Origin: Parvularia atlantis
Lineage: Eukaryota
Direction of reading: 5' to 3'
Assembly: GCA_943704415.1 (NCBI GenBank)
Contig: CALSCO010001763.1
Span: 1 to 34,299, forward strand
Length of the DNA stretch: 34,299 bases
The translations under genes and the position numbers were made by a program. Every line of letters starts with the position of its first letter. Position 1 is the stretch's first letter. Below, one piece after another: positions 1-11,508 of this stretch. The notes beneath the pieces are model-generated. The model made no database searches, had not been told where the DNA came from, and saw only the letters and a program-made list of their open reading frames with translations.

Positions 1-278
1 CGCTCGGCAATGTATCCCGCAAAGAGGTCAAGCTCCTGCTTGCGACCGTAAAACAGCGGCGCGCGGTACTCGGAGCCGTCGCCGGCGTGCATGCCGTCAG
101 CAGTGCTCGCCCCGCAGCCGGGCATTTCTCGCGCTATGTTTGGCCCGGAAAGCACATTGAGCCTGAGCCGCAACTTGCGCTTCTCATGCTCCAGCGTCCT
201 GCCACCTACGGCAATGATGAGCCGCTCCAGGCTCTGCCAGCCGGGGGCGTCCGTCGCCGCATCCGAGCTTGCCGACAT
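1..278 (-). CDS. 5' part of a gene running off the window; possible AAA+ ATPase of ORC/Cdc6 type
   Basis: Open frame from ATG at 278: MSASSDAATDAPGWQSLERL...RKLRLRL...PLFYGRKQELDLFAGYIAE. The F-x-G-R-x-x-E-L motif typically precedes Walker A in ORC/Cdc6/AAA_16 ATPases, but Walker A is not in the window. Confidence 0.4.
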   Translation of the reverse strand, partial: MSASSDAATDAPGWQSLERLIIAVGGRTLEHEKRKLRLRLNVLSGPNIAREMPGCGASTADGMHAGDGSEYRAPLFYGRKQELDLFAGYIAE

Positions 279-358
279 GCCGCACGAGTGAATGCCAGGC
301 AAAAACGCGAACTGAGGAACTTTTGTCTGATCGCCGCGCACGGATCGGTGTGGCCGCG

Positions 359-1792
359 ATGGAGAAGTTCTCAAAGTGGCGGGTGAGTGCGCGCGTGCGT
401 TGCGCGCTGCCGCCGCTGGCTCACGCCGTGATGCGTGCGCAGGATGCGAGCACGGGCATCCAGCCGTTCCTGCCGCCCCGGCCGCCCGCATCGACCGAGC
501 TGGTGCGGTAGATGCGACGTGCGCGCAACGATGGCGTCTGACGCACTGCATGTGCGCGCGTCAGGACCGGCGCGTGCTGCACGCGCTCAAGTACTACGCG
601 CTGGGCCCGCTCGTCGCACTCGTGCGGCTGACGCTCGCCGGCGTTGTGATGTTGTGGCTGCTCGTGTTTTCGACCATCGCGGCGGCGGTGCGTCTGAGAG
701 AGCCTGGACGCCTGCAGGTCGGCGCTGAATGTGGTTTGCAGCTGCCGGTCGCGCCGCTGCGCTGGGGCCTGCGCACGTACATAAGTGCGCTCGGGTGCCG
801 GGCGGTGCTGCTGCTACTCGGCTTCTGGTGGATCGGCAGCGAGTGGACGACGCTTCGCAAGGGGCGCGACGCACTGGACACGTCTGGTGTGCCCGGCGGC
901 GGTCTGCGCAGCGGCGACGTCGTGGTGGCCAACTGGTCCTCGTACGTGGACGTGCTCTATCTGGGCTTCCGCTTCGCGCCGACGTTCACGCGCATCGTGC
1001 GCTCGGGGGCGCAGGTGCCGTTGCCCGGCGCGCGTGCGTCGTTGGCTGACGGCGGACGTGAGCGCAGTACCGGCTCGTTCCCGTGTCGCTGTTTGGCGCA
1101 TTGCGGCAGGCGTTCGCCGTGCCGACGCTTGCCGGCGACGCGAGCGAGCCGTCGTTCACGCTGCCCGAGCTGCAGGCACGCGCGGCATCAAGCTGGGGCG
1201 GGCCGATCGTGGTTTTCCCTGAGGTGCGCTGGTGCCGTACCATGCGCGCGTGTGACACCGGGTGCGGCGGACCGCAGGCAACAACGTCAAACAACCGCGC
1301 CGTGCTGGCCTTTGTGCCAGTGCTTGTGCCGACGGCGGCGCGCGCTCTGCAGATCGTCGGTCTCAAGTGAGTTGGCGATGCGTCGCTCGCTGCCGCGTCT
1401 GAGCGTGGGCTCATCGCAGGTACTCGTACGACGACTACGCGCCGACGTACACGGCCGGCTCGCCGTGGGCGCATGTGTTTGGTCTCGCGTGCCAGGTGCG
1501 GACACGGGCTTTACCGGCGTTCGCGGCGCGGCTGACGCACGCATAGGCCATCAACACGCTTGAGGCACACTACCTGTCGCGTGGCGAGACCGAGAGCATG
1601 GGCGGCGGGGCCAGCAGCGGCGGCGGTGGCGGCGGCGGTGGCGGCGATGCGGAGGAAGACGCGATGGGCGCGCAGGTAGCCGCGGCGCTGGCGCAGATGC
1701 TGCGGCTGCGTCGGGTGCGGCTGGGCGTGGTGGACAAGGTCGCGTTCTTGGAGTTTTACACGTCGCAGAAGGCGCGTGGGCGCCGCGAGTGA
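359..1792 (+). CDS. LOA1: Lysophosphatidic acid acyltransferase, Loa1/Vps66-like (multi-exon)
   Basis: Spliced N-terminus MEKFSKWR|DASTGIQPFLP matches the Loa1 family start MEK(Y/F)xxWRDxxTGIxPFLP. Also hydrophobic hairpin, RAVLLLLGFWWI, motif I variant VANWSSYVDVLYL, motif III VVFPE|ATTSNNRAVL and C-terminal LGVVDKVAFLEFY. Confidence 0.85.
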
Positions 1793-1922
1793 CTGCGCGG
1801 CCGTTGAGCGTTGTTGAGTGACATGCACGTCCGTACGCTCAACCGGTGTCTATCAAATGATAACACTTCCCTGCACCAACTCGCGGCAGGCTGACGTGCG
1901 CCCGCCGTCCCCGCCCCAGGCC

Positions 1923-3151
1923 ATGTACCAGCCGTCGTTCGCGCCCCGGCTGCAGCCGCAGCCGTCGTCCGCGCTGCTGGCGCCGGCGTCTGCCCTCCCC
2001 GCGGCGCAGCCCGCGACGCTCGCCGGCCCGACGACGCGCACGCAGGACCCGGTCGTGACGGGCACGTCGGTGCTGGCGGTCAAGTACAAGGACGGCGTGA
2101 TGATGGCCGCCGACACCCTCGGTGCGCCGTGCACCCGTGCGCTGTGCGCCGTGCGCCGTGCGCCGCTCACCCGCCCGCGCGCTCGCCAGCGTCGTACGGG
2201 TCGCTCGCGCGCTTCAAGGACATGGAGCGGATGCTCGCGGTCGGCGACGGCACCCTCCTCGGCTTCTCGGGCGACATGAGCGACTTTCAGTACATCAAGA
2301 ACGTGCTCGAGACGCTCTCGTGCGTGCTCCCACCGCGCGCGCGCGCGGCCGCGGCCTGGCGTGACGTCGCCGCGCGCGCAGCTCGGAGGAGTACTCGCTC
2401 GACGACGGCCACAAGATGTCGCCCTCGCACCACTTCCACTACCTTGCCTCGGTCCGCGCCGCGCCGCCCGCGCCCCGCCCGCGCCGCCCGCTCACACACA
2501 CGCCGCGCGCACCGCCAAGGTCATGTACCAGCGCCGCAACAAGATGAATCCGCTCTGGAACAACGTCGTCGTCGCCGGCTTCAAGGACGACGAGAGGCGC
2601 GTCCACTGCATCCCCCGCCGTTTGCGCGTATAATGCTGACGGCACACACGCGCACGCGCGCAGCTTCCTTGGCGTCGTCGACCTGCGCGGCGGCACGTAC
2701 AAGGCCAGCACGATCGGCACGGGCTACGGCTCGTATCTCGCGCAGCCGCTGCTGCGGAAACGGGTGCGCACCCGCTGCCTGCTCGGTCGCCGCGGTGCGC
2801 GGTCCAACGCCGTTGGCGCGCGGTGCGGCGCAGGTGGAGGGTCGTGAGCACGAGATTACCGAGGCCGAGGCGCAGAAGATCCTGGAGGAGTCGATGCGCG
2901 TGCTGCTGTACCGCGACGCGCGCACGATCAACCGGGTGCGCGGGCGTGCGCCGCCGCATGCGGGGTGTACCCGGGCGCCGCTGAGCCGCGCGTGCGTAGA
3001 TGCAAGTCGCCAAGGTGACCGCGCAGGGCGTGACGATCAGCCAGCCGTACTCGCTCGACACGGACTGGTCGGTCGGCACGGTGAGTGAGCGCGCGGCGGA
3101 CGGCGACAGCCCTGACGCGCTCGTGCACAGATGGTCGAGGGCTACAAATGA
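1923..3151 (+). CDS. PSMB4: 20S proteasome subunit beta type-4 (beta7/Pre4), multi-exon
   Basis: RTQDPVVTGTSVLAVKYKDGVMMAADTL|ASYGSLARFKDMER, GFSGDMSDFQYI, VMYQRRNKMNPLWNNVVVAG, ESFLGVVDLRG, TGYGSYLAQPLLRK, MRVLLYRDARTINR. Last exon MVEGYK-TGA. Confidence 0.97.
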
Positions 3152-3379
3152 AAATGCTGCGGACGCTCGCTGCGCGCAGCCCGTCGCGTCCCGGTGTGTG
3201 CGCGCGCTATCCAGACAGAATCAGCGTTCACGTACACACGGGCGTGGGGAAAACCAATATCAGCACGGTTCAGAGCACTGATGGGGAACTTCAGCGTCAT
3301 GAGCTGCCACATGTGTCCAGGCACACAGTGCCGATCACGGCATGGGCAGCACGCACATGCACCAGCATCATCGTTCACT

Positions 3380-5849
3380 TCAAAAGACTTGCACGCGGTT
3401 GTTGTCCGTGTCCGCGACGACGACCTTGCCGCTCTCGAGGTGGCGCACGCACCATGGGTGGTTGAACTGGCCGTGCGCGGCGCCCTCGCCGCCCCACTCG
3501 TGCAGGCGCCGCCCGCCGGCCAGGGCCCAGACCGAGATCGTGTGCGTGCGGTACTCGGCCACGAGGAGCGAGCAGCCGTCGTTCGAGAGCGTCACGTCCA
3601 CGGGCTGATTCATGCGCGTGCGGCCCGGTGCGACGCCGCCGATCGTGCGCACGTGGTGGCCGTCGACCGTGCTGTACACCTGCAGCCGCGCGTTGCTCGA
3701 GTCGGCGACAACGATCTCCTTCATCAGCGTCGGGCAGATGCCGCGCGGCCCGTGCATATCCGTGGTCCGGAAGCCCATCTGGCCGATGCGTAGGCGCTCG
3801 CTACCGTCGCATGCGTTAAGGATGACGACCTGAGCGCGCGTACGTGCGTGAGTGCGTCTCGCGATCGGCCGCGCGGCGCACAGCACCTGACACTTGGCGC
3901 CGTCGACGACCGCGATTTCACCCTCCGGCAGCACGGCGATGTTGCGCGCGTCAGGGAAGCGAATGACGTTGTGCACGCGCCCCTCCAGGTCCATTACCTG
4001 CCGCGCGCGCGCCAGGTCAGCCACGGCCCCGTTGCAGCGGCGGACCGCACGCACCACGAGCCGTTCGTTGTCGCGGTCCGCCACCCACAGGCGCCCCTGC
4101 TTGTCAAGCGCCATGCTCCACGGCTTGTTGAGGCGCGTGCCCATGCTGCCGCGCACGTTGGGCGCGCACTCGAGGTCGCGGCCGATCGTGCGCACATGCA
4201 CTCCCTCCTGCGTCACCTCCTGTGCACCCCGCGCGCACGTGCTGCGGTGAGTCACGCATCAACGTCGCCAACAGCGCGCTGCACCTGCAGGCGGTGGTTG
4301 TTGAACTCGAGTATGAGCAGGTTGCCGTTCGGCAGCTCGACGACGCTGATCGGGCTGCAGAACTCGAGCGTGCCGTGGCCGTGCTTGCCAAAGACGGTGC
4401 TCGGGGCGCGCACTTTGCTAAAGTCGCGCGTCTTCGCCTCAGCGCCGCGGCCGGGCTGGCGGTAGATGATGCCGATGTCGCAGATGGGCATGGCAAAAAT
4501 GTCCGACGCGGGCGGCATGCTGAAGCGCAGCGTGTTGCCCACGAGCGGCTCCACGTTTGGCTCGCTCAGCGCGGCCGCGCGCACGTGCCGCGCAACGACG
4601 TCTAGAATGCTGACATACTCGAGCTGCTGCTCGTTCGGCGCCGGCGGCTCATCGTCGCCACGCTCGCGCGCGTCACGCAGGAACAAGCGCGCCATGTCGC
4701 CCTTCTGCTGGAACGACTGCCGGAGCACCTCGAGGCTGTCTGCCTGGTCCTCGAGCATCTTGTGGGCTTCATTTGATAGCTTGTTTATACTTTCCTTCAC
4801 TTCCATCTTACGCGCTTCGAGCTCGGCAATTACGACGTCGTAGGCGCTCGTCACATCCTGACACAGGTCCTGCGCCCGCCCCAGGACGCCGGCTGCAGTG
4901 CGGCGCACGGCCACCACGGCGGTTGCAAGGGCGCGTACGTTGTTGTCGACTAGGGGAATCTCCGTTGCCAGCTGTTCAACGAGCTCCTTGTGCTTCTCGC
5001 TGAGACGAATGACCTGGTGGTCCACATGTGACGAGCTGCTGGCGCAGAGCGAGCACACGAAGACGCGACAGACGGGGCAGTAGCACGACATGTAAAACGC
5101 TTGATGCAGCGGGCACTTTCCGGCGCTCGCACTGCGCACCACGGCCTGCACATGTGCACCATTTGCACACGCGTTGGCACTGACATCGTCCGGCTGCAGA
5201 AACGCATCGACGAAAGAGTCATCAGCATTGGCTTGATCAGCGCCGTCATGAATTTGGCGCCCTTTCTTGTTGTGATCGTGAGGCCCGGCATCAAACGGTG
5301 CACGAAGGCGCTTTAAAGAGGCCGCAGGGGCGAACGGATCGAGCGGCCCAAGGTCGAGGTCGGCCTCCTGCTTGCCGATCACAGACGGCGGCACGTGCGG
5401 CGGCGAGGCGTCGCGCGAGCCCATCGACTCGTGGCAGACGACGCATATCCACTTGCCCGCGTTGGCATTGGCGTCCTTCTTGCGGTCGGCGTAGCACTGC
5501 GCGCGGCGCACGTCGTATCAGCCGCCGCCGCCCAGCCCGGCGCGAGCTGGCAAAGCACACGCACGTCGGGACACAGCGCGTGCAGGCACGGCAACAGCAG
5601 CGCGCCGGTCGCGGCGCTGAACGGCTCGTTGCAGAACGCGCACACGTCGGCCGGCGGCGCCGTGCTGGCCTCGGGCGCGCCGTCGGGCGGCGGCTCGTCG
5701 CGCGGCTGGGTGACGTCAGCCGAACGGATGTCATGGACCGGGTCGCGCTTCACTCTTGCGCCGTTCGCGGCGGTGCTCGGGTCGGGCGCCCAGCCGAGCT
5801 CGACGTCGAGGGAGCGGTGGAGGTGCGTGTCCGGCACCCCAGGCCTCAT
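3380..5849 (-). CDS. TRIM-NHL type E3 ligase (RING, B-box, coiled coil, NHL beta-propeller), multi-exon
   Basis: RING CAFC...LLPCLHALCPD|C...CVVC. B-box CPLH...YCPVCRVFVCSLC...HVDH. Heptad-rich helix, then NHL repeats (FGKHGHGTLEFCSPISV, LNKPWSMALD..LWVADRDNERL, GPRGI..VVADSSNARLQVY, GQFNHPWCV..VVADTDNNRVQVF). Start codon is a best guess. Confidence 0.85.
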
Positions 5850-6105
5850 CTTCACAGTCCCTGCTTCGCCGACGTTCGTCGCTTCTGTTTGCGGAACACC
5901 ACGCGGCCAAAGACGGTTTCTCGCGTCGCGTCGACGGGTGCCCGAGGCGACGGACGGGCGGCGAAGGAGGCCCTGCGAAAATGAGGCCCGGGGGTGCGGT
6001 TGGCCAGGCGGTTGGCCGGGCGCGCGAGGTCGGCAAGTGGCGCCAGTCACACACACTTTGTGACTTCCCAAGCCCAACGTGGCCGCGGATGAGTGACAGC
6101 GCCCG

Positions 6106-7230
6106 ATGAGCGCCGCGCCGCCCGACCCGCTCTTCCTGGGCTGCTACCTGCTCACGTCGCTCGCGCCGGGCTGCGCCGGCCGCACCTACATCGGCTTCAC
6201 CGTCAACCCGCCGCGGCGGCTGCGCCAGCACAACGGCGAGATCAAGGGCGGGGCGCACCGAACGCGCCTGCGCCAGCCGTGGTGCGCGGGCGCTATCGCT
6301 GGCGTCGCAGCAGCACGGGGACCCGTCGCGGCTGACGACGGCGCACGCGCGCACAGGGAGATGGTCCTCGTCGTCCACGGCTTTCCCAACAAGCTCGTCG
6401 CGCTACAGTTCGAGTGGGCCTGGACTAACCCGCACCAGTCGCGCCACTTCCGCGCGCGCCTCGCCGGCGGCTGGACCCGGCGCCGCCCGGGCTTCCTCCT
6501 GCGCGACAAGGTTCTCGTCGCGCTCGAGATGCTCTCGCTGCCGTGCTGGGCGCGCCTCGCCCTGCGCCTCACCGTCGTCGCGCCGCACCACTGGCCGCTC
6601 GTCCAGGACCAGTTCACGCGCTTGAGCACGCCCGTGCCGGCGCACATGCCCGTGGCCGTGCTGCCACTCGATCGCATGCCGTACACCTTTGCACGTGGCC
6701 GAGGGACCGCGGCGCGGGCGCACGACGACGCGGACGGCATGAGCGACGGCGAGAGCAACGGCGAGGATGGCGACGCCGAGGACGAGGACGAGGACGACCC
6801 GGACGTGGTCGCGTCCATCCTGCGCTCGCCCGTGGCGGCCGCGATCGCGCCGGGACGCGCGGGCAGCAGCAGCCAGGGCGTGCTCGGGTCGTGCTGCGCC
6901 GTATGCAAGATGCCGCTCAGCGCCGCCGACGCGCTCGACTACGCGCTCACGTGCCCCGGCGCGCCCTGCGAGATGGTCAGCCACCTGACGTGCCTCGCGA
7001 CAGCGTTTCTGGAGACCGACCCGACCACGAGCACGGCGCTGCTGCCGTGCACGGGCACATGCCCGCGCTGCGGCAAGACGCTCACCTGGGGTGACCTCGT
7101 CAAGCAGCTGCAGCTGCGGCGCAAGCGGCGCCTGCTCGAGCTGCGCGGGACGGTGGTGGCGGGCAGCGGCGTCGCCGACGCGGACCGGCGGCGGCTGCGG
7201 TTCGGGGACGACGACGACGACGAGCAGTGA
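6106..7230 (+). CDS. SLX1: Structure-specific endonuclease subunit SLX1 (GIY-YIG domain plus C-terminal zinc finger)
   Basis: GCYLLTS...[51 protein letters not shown] and C-terminal CAVC...C..C...SHLTCLA...LLP..GTCPRC. One in-frame 75-nt intron at 6282-6356. Confidence 0.95.
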   Translation: MSAAPPDPLFLGCYLLTSLAPGCAGRTYIGFTVNPPRRLRQHNGEIKGGAHRTRLRQPWCAGAIAGVAAARGPVAADDGARAHREMVLVVHGFPNKLVALQFEWAWTNPHQSRHFRARLAGGWTRRRPGFLLRDKVLVALEMLSLPCWARLALRLTVVAPHHWPLVQDQFTRLSTPVPAHMPVAVLPLDRMPYTFARGRGTAARAHDDADGMSDGESNGEDGDAEDEDEDDPDVVASILRSPVAAAIAPGRAGSSSQGVLGSCCAVCKMPLSAADALDYALTCPGAPCEMVSHLTCLATAFLETDPTTSTALLPCTGTCPRCGKTLTWGDLVKQLQLRRKRRLLELRGTVVAGSGVADADRRRLRFGDDDDDEQ

Positions 7231-7262
7231 ACAGCTCACCTTGTAGAGCTTGAGCTTGAACG

Positions 7263-8614
7263 ATGGAGGGCGCACGCGCGACACAGGGCGCCCTGCGCGA
7301 CTTCCTACTGCTGCTCAGCCTGCGCGTGCGCAAGCCCGAGGACGTGGAGCGGATTGGCGACGCGCTGGAGAAGGCGCGTGCGGGCGGCGCGGTGTACGGC
7401 GCGCGTGCTGACGCCGCGCGGCCGGCCGTGCAGAGCGGGATCACGCAGGAGGGCCTGATCACGGTCTCGGTGCAGACCATCCTCGACCGCATCACGACCA
7501 GCCACCAGGAGGCCGCGGCCGTGCTGCACACGATCGCCGGTGCGCACGCGTGTGCGGCCCGCGACCGACCGCCGAACGTGGCGCGCGACAGACTACTTCT
7601 TCGGCATCGACCCGATGGGCACGACGCGGCGGCGGCGCGCGGCCAGCGGGGGCGGTGGGCGCCCGTCCGTGCGGCTGCCCGGCACGCGCTGAGCCGCCGC
7701 GCGCGGGGGCGCAGAGGACGAGTTTGACCGCCTAACGCCGAGCAAGCGCGCGCGCATCCTTGCCTCAACCGTGCGCCGATGCCGACGCCGACGCCGTCCC
7801 GGCCGCGCACTGATGGCTCGTCGCGGCCGCGCAGGTCGTCAACAGCGCGCACGGGCAGGTCGTGGCCATCTGCCGCACGTCGTTCAACGAGACGTTTGGG
7901 ACGGCCATGAGGTGTGCGGTGCTGTATGCGCTGTTGCTGCCTCTGTATGCGCTGTTGCTGCCTCGCTGACCTCGCTGACCTCGCTGACCTCGCTGACCTC
8001 GCTGACCTCGCTGACCTCGCTCGCCTCGCTCACCTCGCTCGCCACCCGGCGGCACGCGCCGACATGACTCCTCTCGCACCCCCCAGCGGCATGACCAAGT
8101 GGAACGAGATGGTCGAGCTGCAGGGCCCCGGTGGCCGCGGCGCGCTGGACGAGTGGGCCGAGCAGATCGTCGAGCGCATCCGCGAGATGCTGCCGGACCA
8201 GGCTGACGGAGTCGAGGTGCTGCCTCGCCTCGCCTCGTCGTGCGCGGCGTGACGCGTGACCCGTGGCCGCGCCGCGCAGGTCGACAACGTGCTCGCCTGG
8301 GCCAAGGAGTACTTCCTCAACCGCAAGTCGTACAAGAAGAACGCCGACAAGGCGCGCGCGCTGGCTGCAGCGGGCGGGCGGTCGCGGCGGCTGACGGCGC
8401 GACCGCGCGCGGCCAGGTCAAGGACCGCGCCAAGCAGCGCTACTTGGCCGGCGTGCGCGGCGGGGCGGCCGCGGCGGCGCACGGCAGCGGCGGCGGCGGC
8501 GGCGGCGGGCACGGCGGCAGCAGCAGCGGCAGCGGCAACGAGGGCGCGGCGCCGGCTGCGCCCGGGCAAGCGGCGGCGTCGCTGACGGGCGGGGTGGGGC
8601 GCGCGGGGGCGTAG
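7263..8614 (+). CDS. Hypothetical multi-exon protein (possible SAM-like N-terminus, basic helical C-terminus)
   Basis: Coding-like codon bias. Introns join into one frame: MEGARATQGALRDFLLLL...IGDALEK|SGITQEGLITVSVQTILDRI...|SGMTKWNEMVELQ...|VDNVLAWAKEYFLNRKSYKKNADK|VKDRAKQRYLAG...TAG. No family recognised. Confidence 0.65.
7922..8042 (+). repeat. Intronic tandem repeats: 21-bp unit x2 followed by 9-bp CTCGCTGAC x6 plus 3 degenerate copies
   Basis: CTGTATGCGCTGTTGCTGCCT at 7922-7942 and 7943-7963. CTCGCTGAC perfect x6 at 7962-8015, degenerate copies to 8042. All lie within the intron at 7912-8086. Confidence 0.95.
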
Positions 8615-8678
8615 TGCGCGCAGTGCTACATGTCGTGTCTGCTGCTGCGTGCCGCGAGGGAGAGAGACACGGCGGCGC

Positions 8679-9043
8679 TCACTTGCTCGTGCCCAGGCCG
8701 TCCTGCGACCTCGTCAGCCCTCCCGCACCCCGGCCCACCCCGGGTCACGCGCCGCACACCGACTGGACGTTGTGACGGCCGGTGATGCGCGCGTCGCGCT
8801 CGATCATGCGCCGGTCCCACTCGTCCAGCAGCGTGCGGCGCGGCTTGCCGTTGTTGAACGCGCGGTGGACGAAGCTCATCCCGTACCCGGCGATGCCCAC
8901 GAGCCCCGTGATAATGATGAACGCGGGGAAGACCTGGGCCGTGCGCGCGGGTCGAGGTGTGCGTGGTGAGGGCAGGGCACGGGCGCGGCAGGGGCGGCGC
9001 GGCAGGGCGGCGCCACCTCGAAGGTGCCCATCGGCGACACCAT
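8679..9043 (-). CDS. NDUFA1: NADH:ubiquinone oxidoreductase MWFE subunit (NDUFA1), 3 exons
   Basis: Spliced: MVSPMGTFE|VFPAFIIITGLVGIAGYGMSFVHRAFNNGKPRRTLLDEWDRRMIERDARITGRHNVQS|DGLGTSK*. Single TM followed by the NGGK..R and W...MMERD.R.(S/T)G signature. Confidence 0.92.
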
Positions 9044-9179
9044 GATGGGCTGGGCGGCGCGCGGGATGCGACGCACGTAACTATACATCTACAAGCACGA
9101 GGGGTATACACGTCTCGCTTTTTGCATCGTGCTTAGGCCTATCTGGCAAGAAGGGGGAGAAAAAAAAATGCATGGCTCC

Positions 9180-11508
9180 TCACGGCGCAAAGTGCGCAAA
9201 CGAGAAGATGCCCGCCGTGACGATGCTCGCAAACAGCAGCGTGAACACCCACGACGTGAACGTCTTGATGAACAGCATCGCGTTGAAGCCGCTCTTGCCC
9301 TCGAGCAGCCCCACCGCCACCGTCGAGCCGACCTGGCAGTGCGTCGACGAGATCGGCAGGCTCAGCATCGACGCCGAGATGACAACCGTGGCCGACGCAA
9401 GCTCAATGCAGAAGCCGCGCGCGGGCGTGATCTTGATCAGCTCGATGCCGATCGAGCGCATGACCTGGCGTGCGCCGTGCGCGCACGGTCAGCCTCGCGC
9501 GGCACCGCAGCAGGACAGGCACGCACGTGGTAGCCGTACGTGAGCAGGCCGACGACGATGCCACCGCCGCCCATCGCCAGGATCCACAGCGGCACGGTCG
9601 ACGTCGACGACACGTTGCAGTCGTTGTAGATGTTCACGATGGCCGAGAACGGGCCTGCGCCGGCGCATCAGCCCTCGCCACCAACAGGCCGTAAGGGGAG
9701 ACTGACGTACCGATCGAGTTGGCCACGTCGTTGGCGCCGTGCGCGAACGACATGAAGCACGCCGTCACAACCTGCAGGTACGAGAACAGGTGCTCGGTCT
9801 TGACGTCAAACAGCTCTGCGTTGCGGTGCATCTCCTTGACGTGCTCCTGCGGAAACCGTGCCCGCGTTCAGCGCGGCGCACGTGACACCCATGTGCCCTG
9901 TCGCACCGACTCGAACGCCGTCTCCTCCATGTCCTCGCCCATCATGCGCCGCCACTGCGCCTTTAAGAACGACTTCTCGTCGTCGATCGGCACGACCGCG
10001 CTCAAGCTGCTCCCAGCCACCTGGGCACCGTGCGTCAGTGCACCGCGCAGGCAGCAGTATACCGCGCGCACCGCCTCATCGCCCTTGGTCGCCTCGTCCG
10101 TGCCCTGCAGACGAGCGCACAAGGACGTGTGAGCAACGCCGGACATGCCGCGGCGCAGAGTGGGTGGGGGTGGGGGGCGGCGGCGTGCACAGCCGGAAGG
10201 GAAGACGAACGAAGGGGGGAAATCGCTGGCCTGGCAAAGCGCGCGGGCAAGAGCAAGGGGTCCGCGTGGCGAAAAAGAGAATGACCTGATAGGTCGCCAC
10301 CTGGGTGGTGTTGATGAGGCTCTGGCGCGGGTTCTCGAGGTTGTCGTAGTCGGCCGTCGTCGCTGGGGCCTGCTGGATGTGCGTCCGGGCGCGCCTAGGT
10401 GAGCGAGGCACTGCGTACGCGCCCGGGTGCTCACCGTCGCGCCCCACGAGTGCGTCTGCAGGCGCTTGGCGAGCCACGGCACGAAGGTGAAGTGAACGAT
10501 GATAGCAAGGCCGATGCCGATGCCGATGGAGATCAGCAGACCCTGCGTGCCGGCCGAGGTCAGCTACAGGCAGCGGAGAGGCCCGGTAGCGCACGTGCCT
10601 GCCAGACGGGCAGCGTGTCATCGATGTTGAAGCCCGAAAGGCCCTTGTAGGTGATGTAGAAGGCGTTGATGACGACCGTGACGAAGACGAGCAGCGGATA
10701 GAAGTTGAGCCCGCGCGCGACCGAGTTTGGCGAGCGCAGGATGAAGCGGCGCACGCACTGCACGCGGCGTTGTGCGTGAGGCGGCCGCGCGAGGGACCGT
10801 GCACGCGACACGGGCGACGCACGTAGAAGACGCTGGCCGAGACGAGGCCGGCGAGGACGGGCGAGATGACCCAGGAGAGGACGATGAAGCCGACCTCCTC
10901 CCAGTCGACCGCACCCCAGCCGTGCGCGACGATGGCGAAGCCCATGATGGCGCCGACGATCGAGTGCGTGGTCGAGACGGGCAGGCCGAGGCGCGTGGCG
11001 ATGAGCACCCAGCCGCCGGCGCCTGGCGCGACGTCGTCAGTGTGGTGACAGTGGCAGCAAGGGCAGCAGAAGGCGCACCCATCAGCGCCGTCAGCATGCC
11101 CAGCATGAGCACGGCCGGCTCGTCCTTGAACAGGTTCGGGTCCGTGATGCCCTTGGCAATCGTGCTCGTGACCGACGCGCCCATCAGCGACCCGGTGAAC
11201 TCGAGCACTGCGGCGATGCACACGGCCTGGCGTCGCCGTCCGCGTCAGGGCCGCCGCGACCTACCGGCGTCCGCACGACGGCGCGCACCTGCCACAGCTT
11301 GAGCGTCTTGGAGCCGACCGAGGTCGCGAAGGCGTTGGCGACGTCGTTGGCGCCAATGCCGTACGCCATCACGAACGAGAAGATCTTTGGCGCGCGAATC
11401 AGCGCCCGCACGGCCTAGCCCGCCTGCGCGCACCCCGCCGACGACGACGATCCAGAGGTAGTCGCGCGGGTTGTACTCGCCGTACGACTCGCACAGCGCG
11501 TCCGACAT
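9180..11508 (-). CDS. PHO89: PiT/PHO4 family (SLC20/Pho89-like) inorganic phosphate transporter, multi-exon
   Basis: Both signatures present: [20 protein letters not shown] and [16 protein letters not shown]. Also [32 protein letters not shown] and [12 protein letters not shown]. Confidence 0.95.

Noticed and set aside
925..960. Loss of the catalytic His in the acyltransferase HxxxxD motif (NWSSYVD)
   Set aside because: As I recall, Loa1-family proteins normally lack this His, so it indicates neither a pseudogene nor novelty.
6106..6430. GIY-YIG nuclease as a homing endonuclease or Penelope element
   Set aside because: SLX1-specific motifs ([17 protein letters not shown]) and the C-terminal zinc finger mark it as the housekeeping SLX1. 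No reverse transcriptase or element ends are visible.
7922..8042. Repeat array as a CRISPR locus
   Set aside because: Units are 9 bp and contiguous with no unique spacers, no cas genes are present, and the array lies in a eukaryotic intron.
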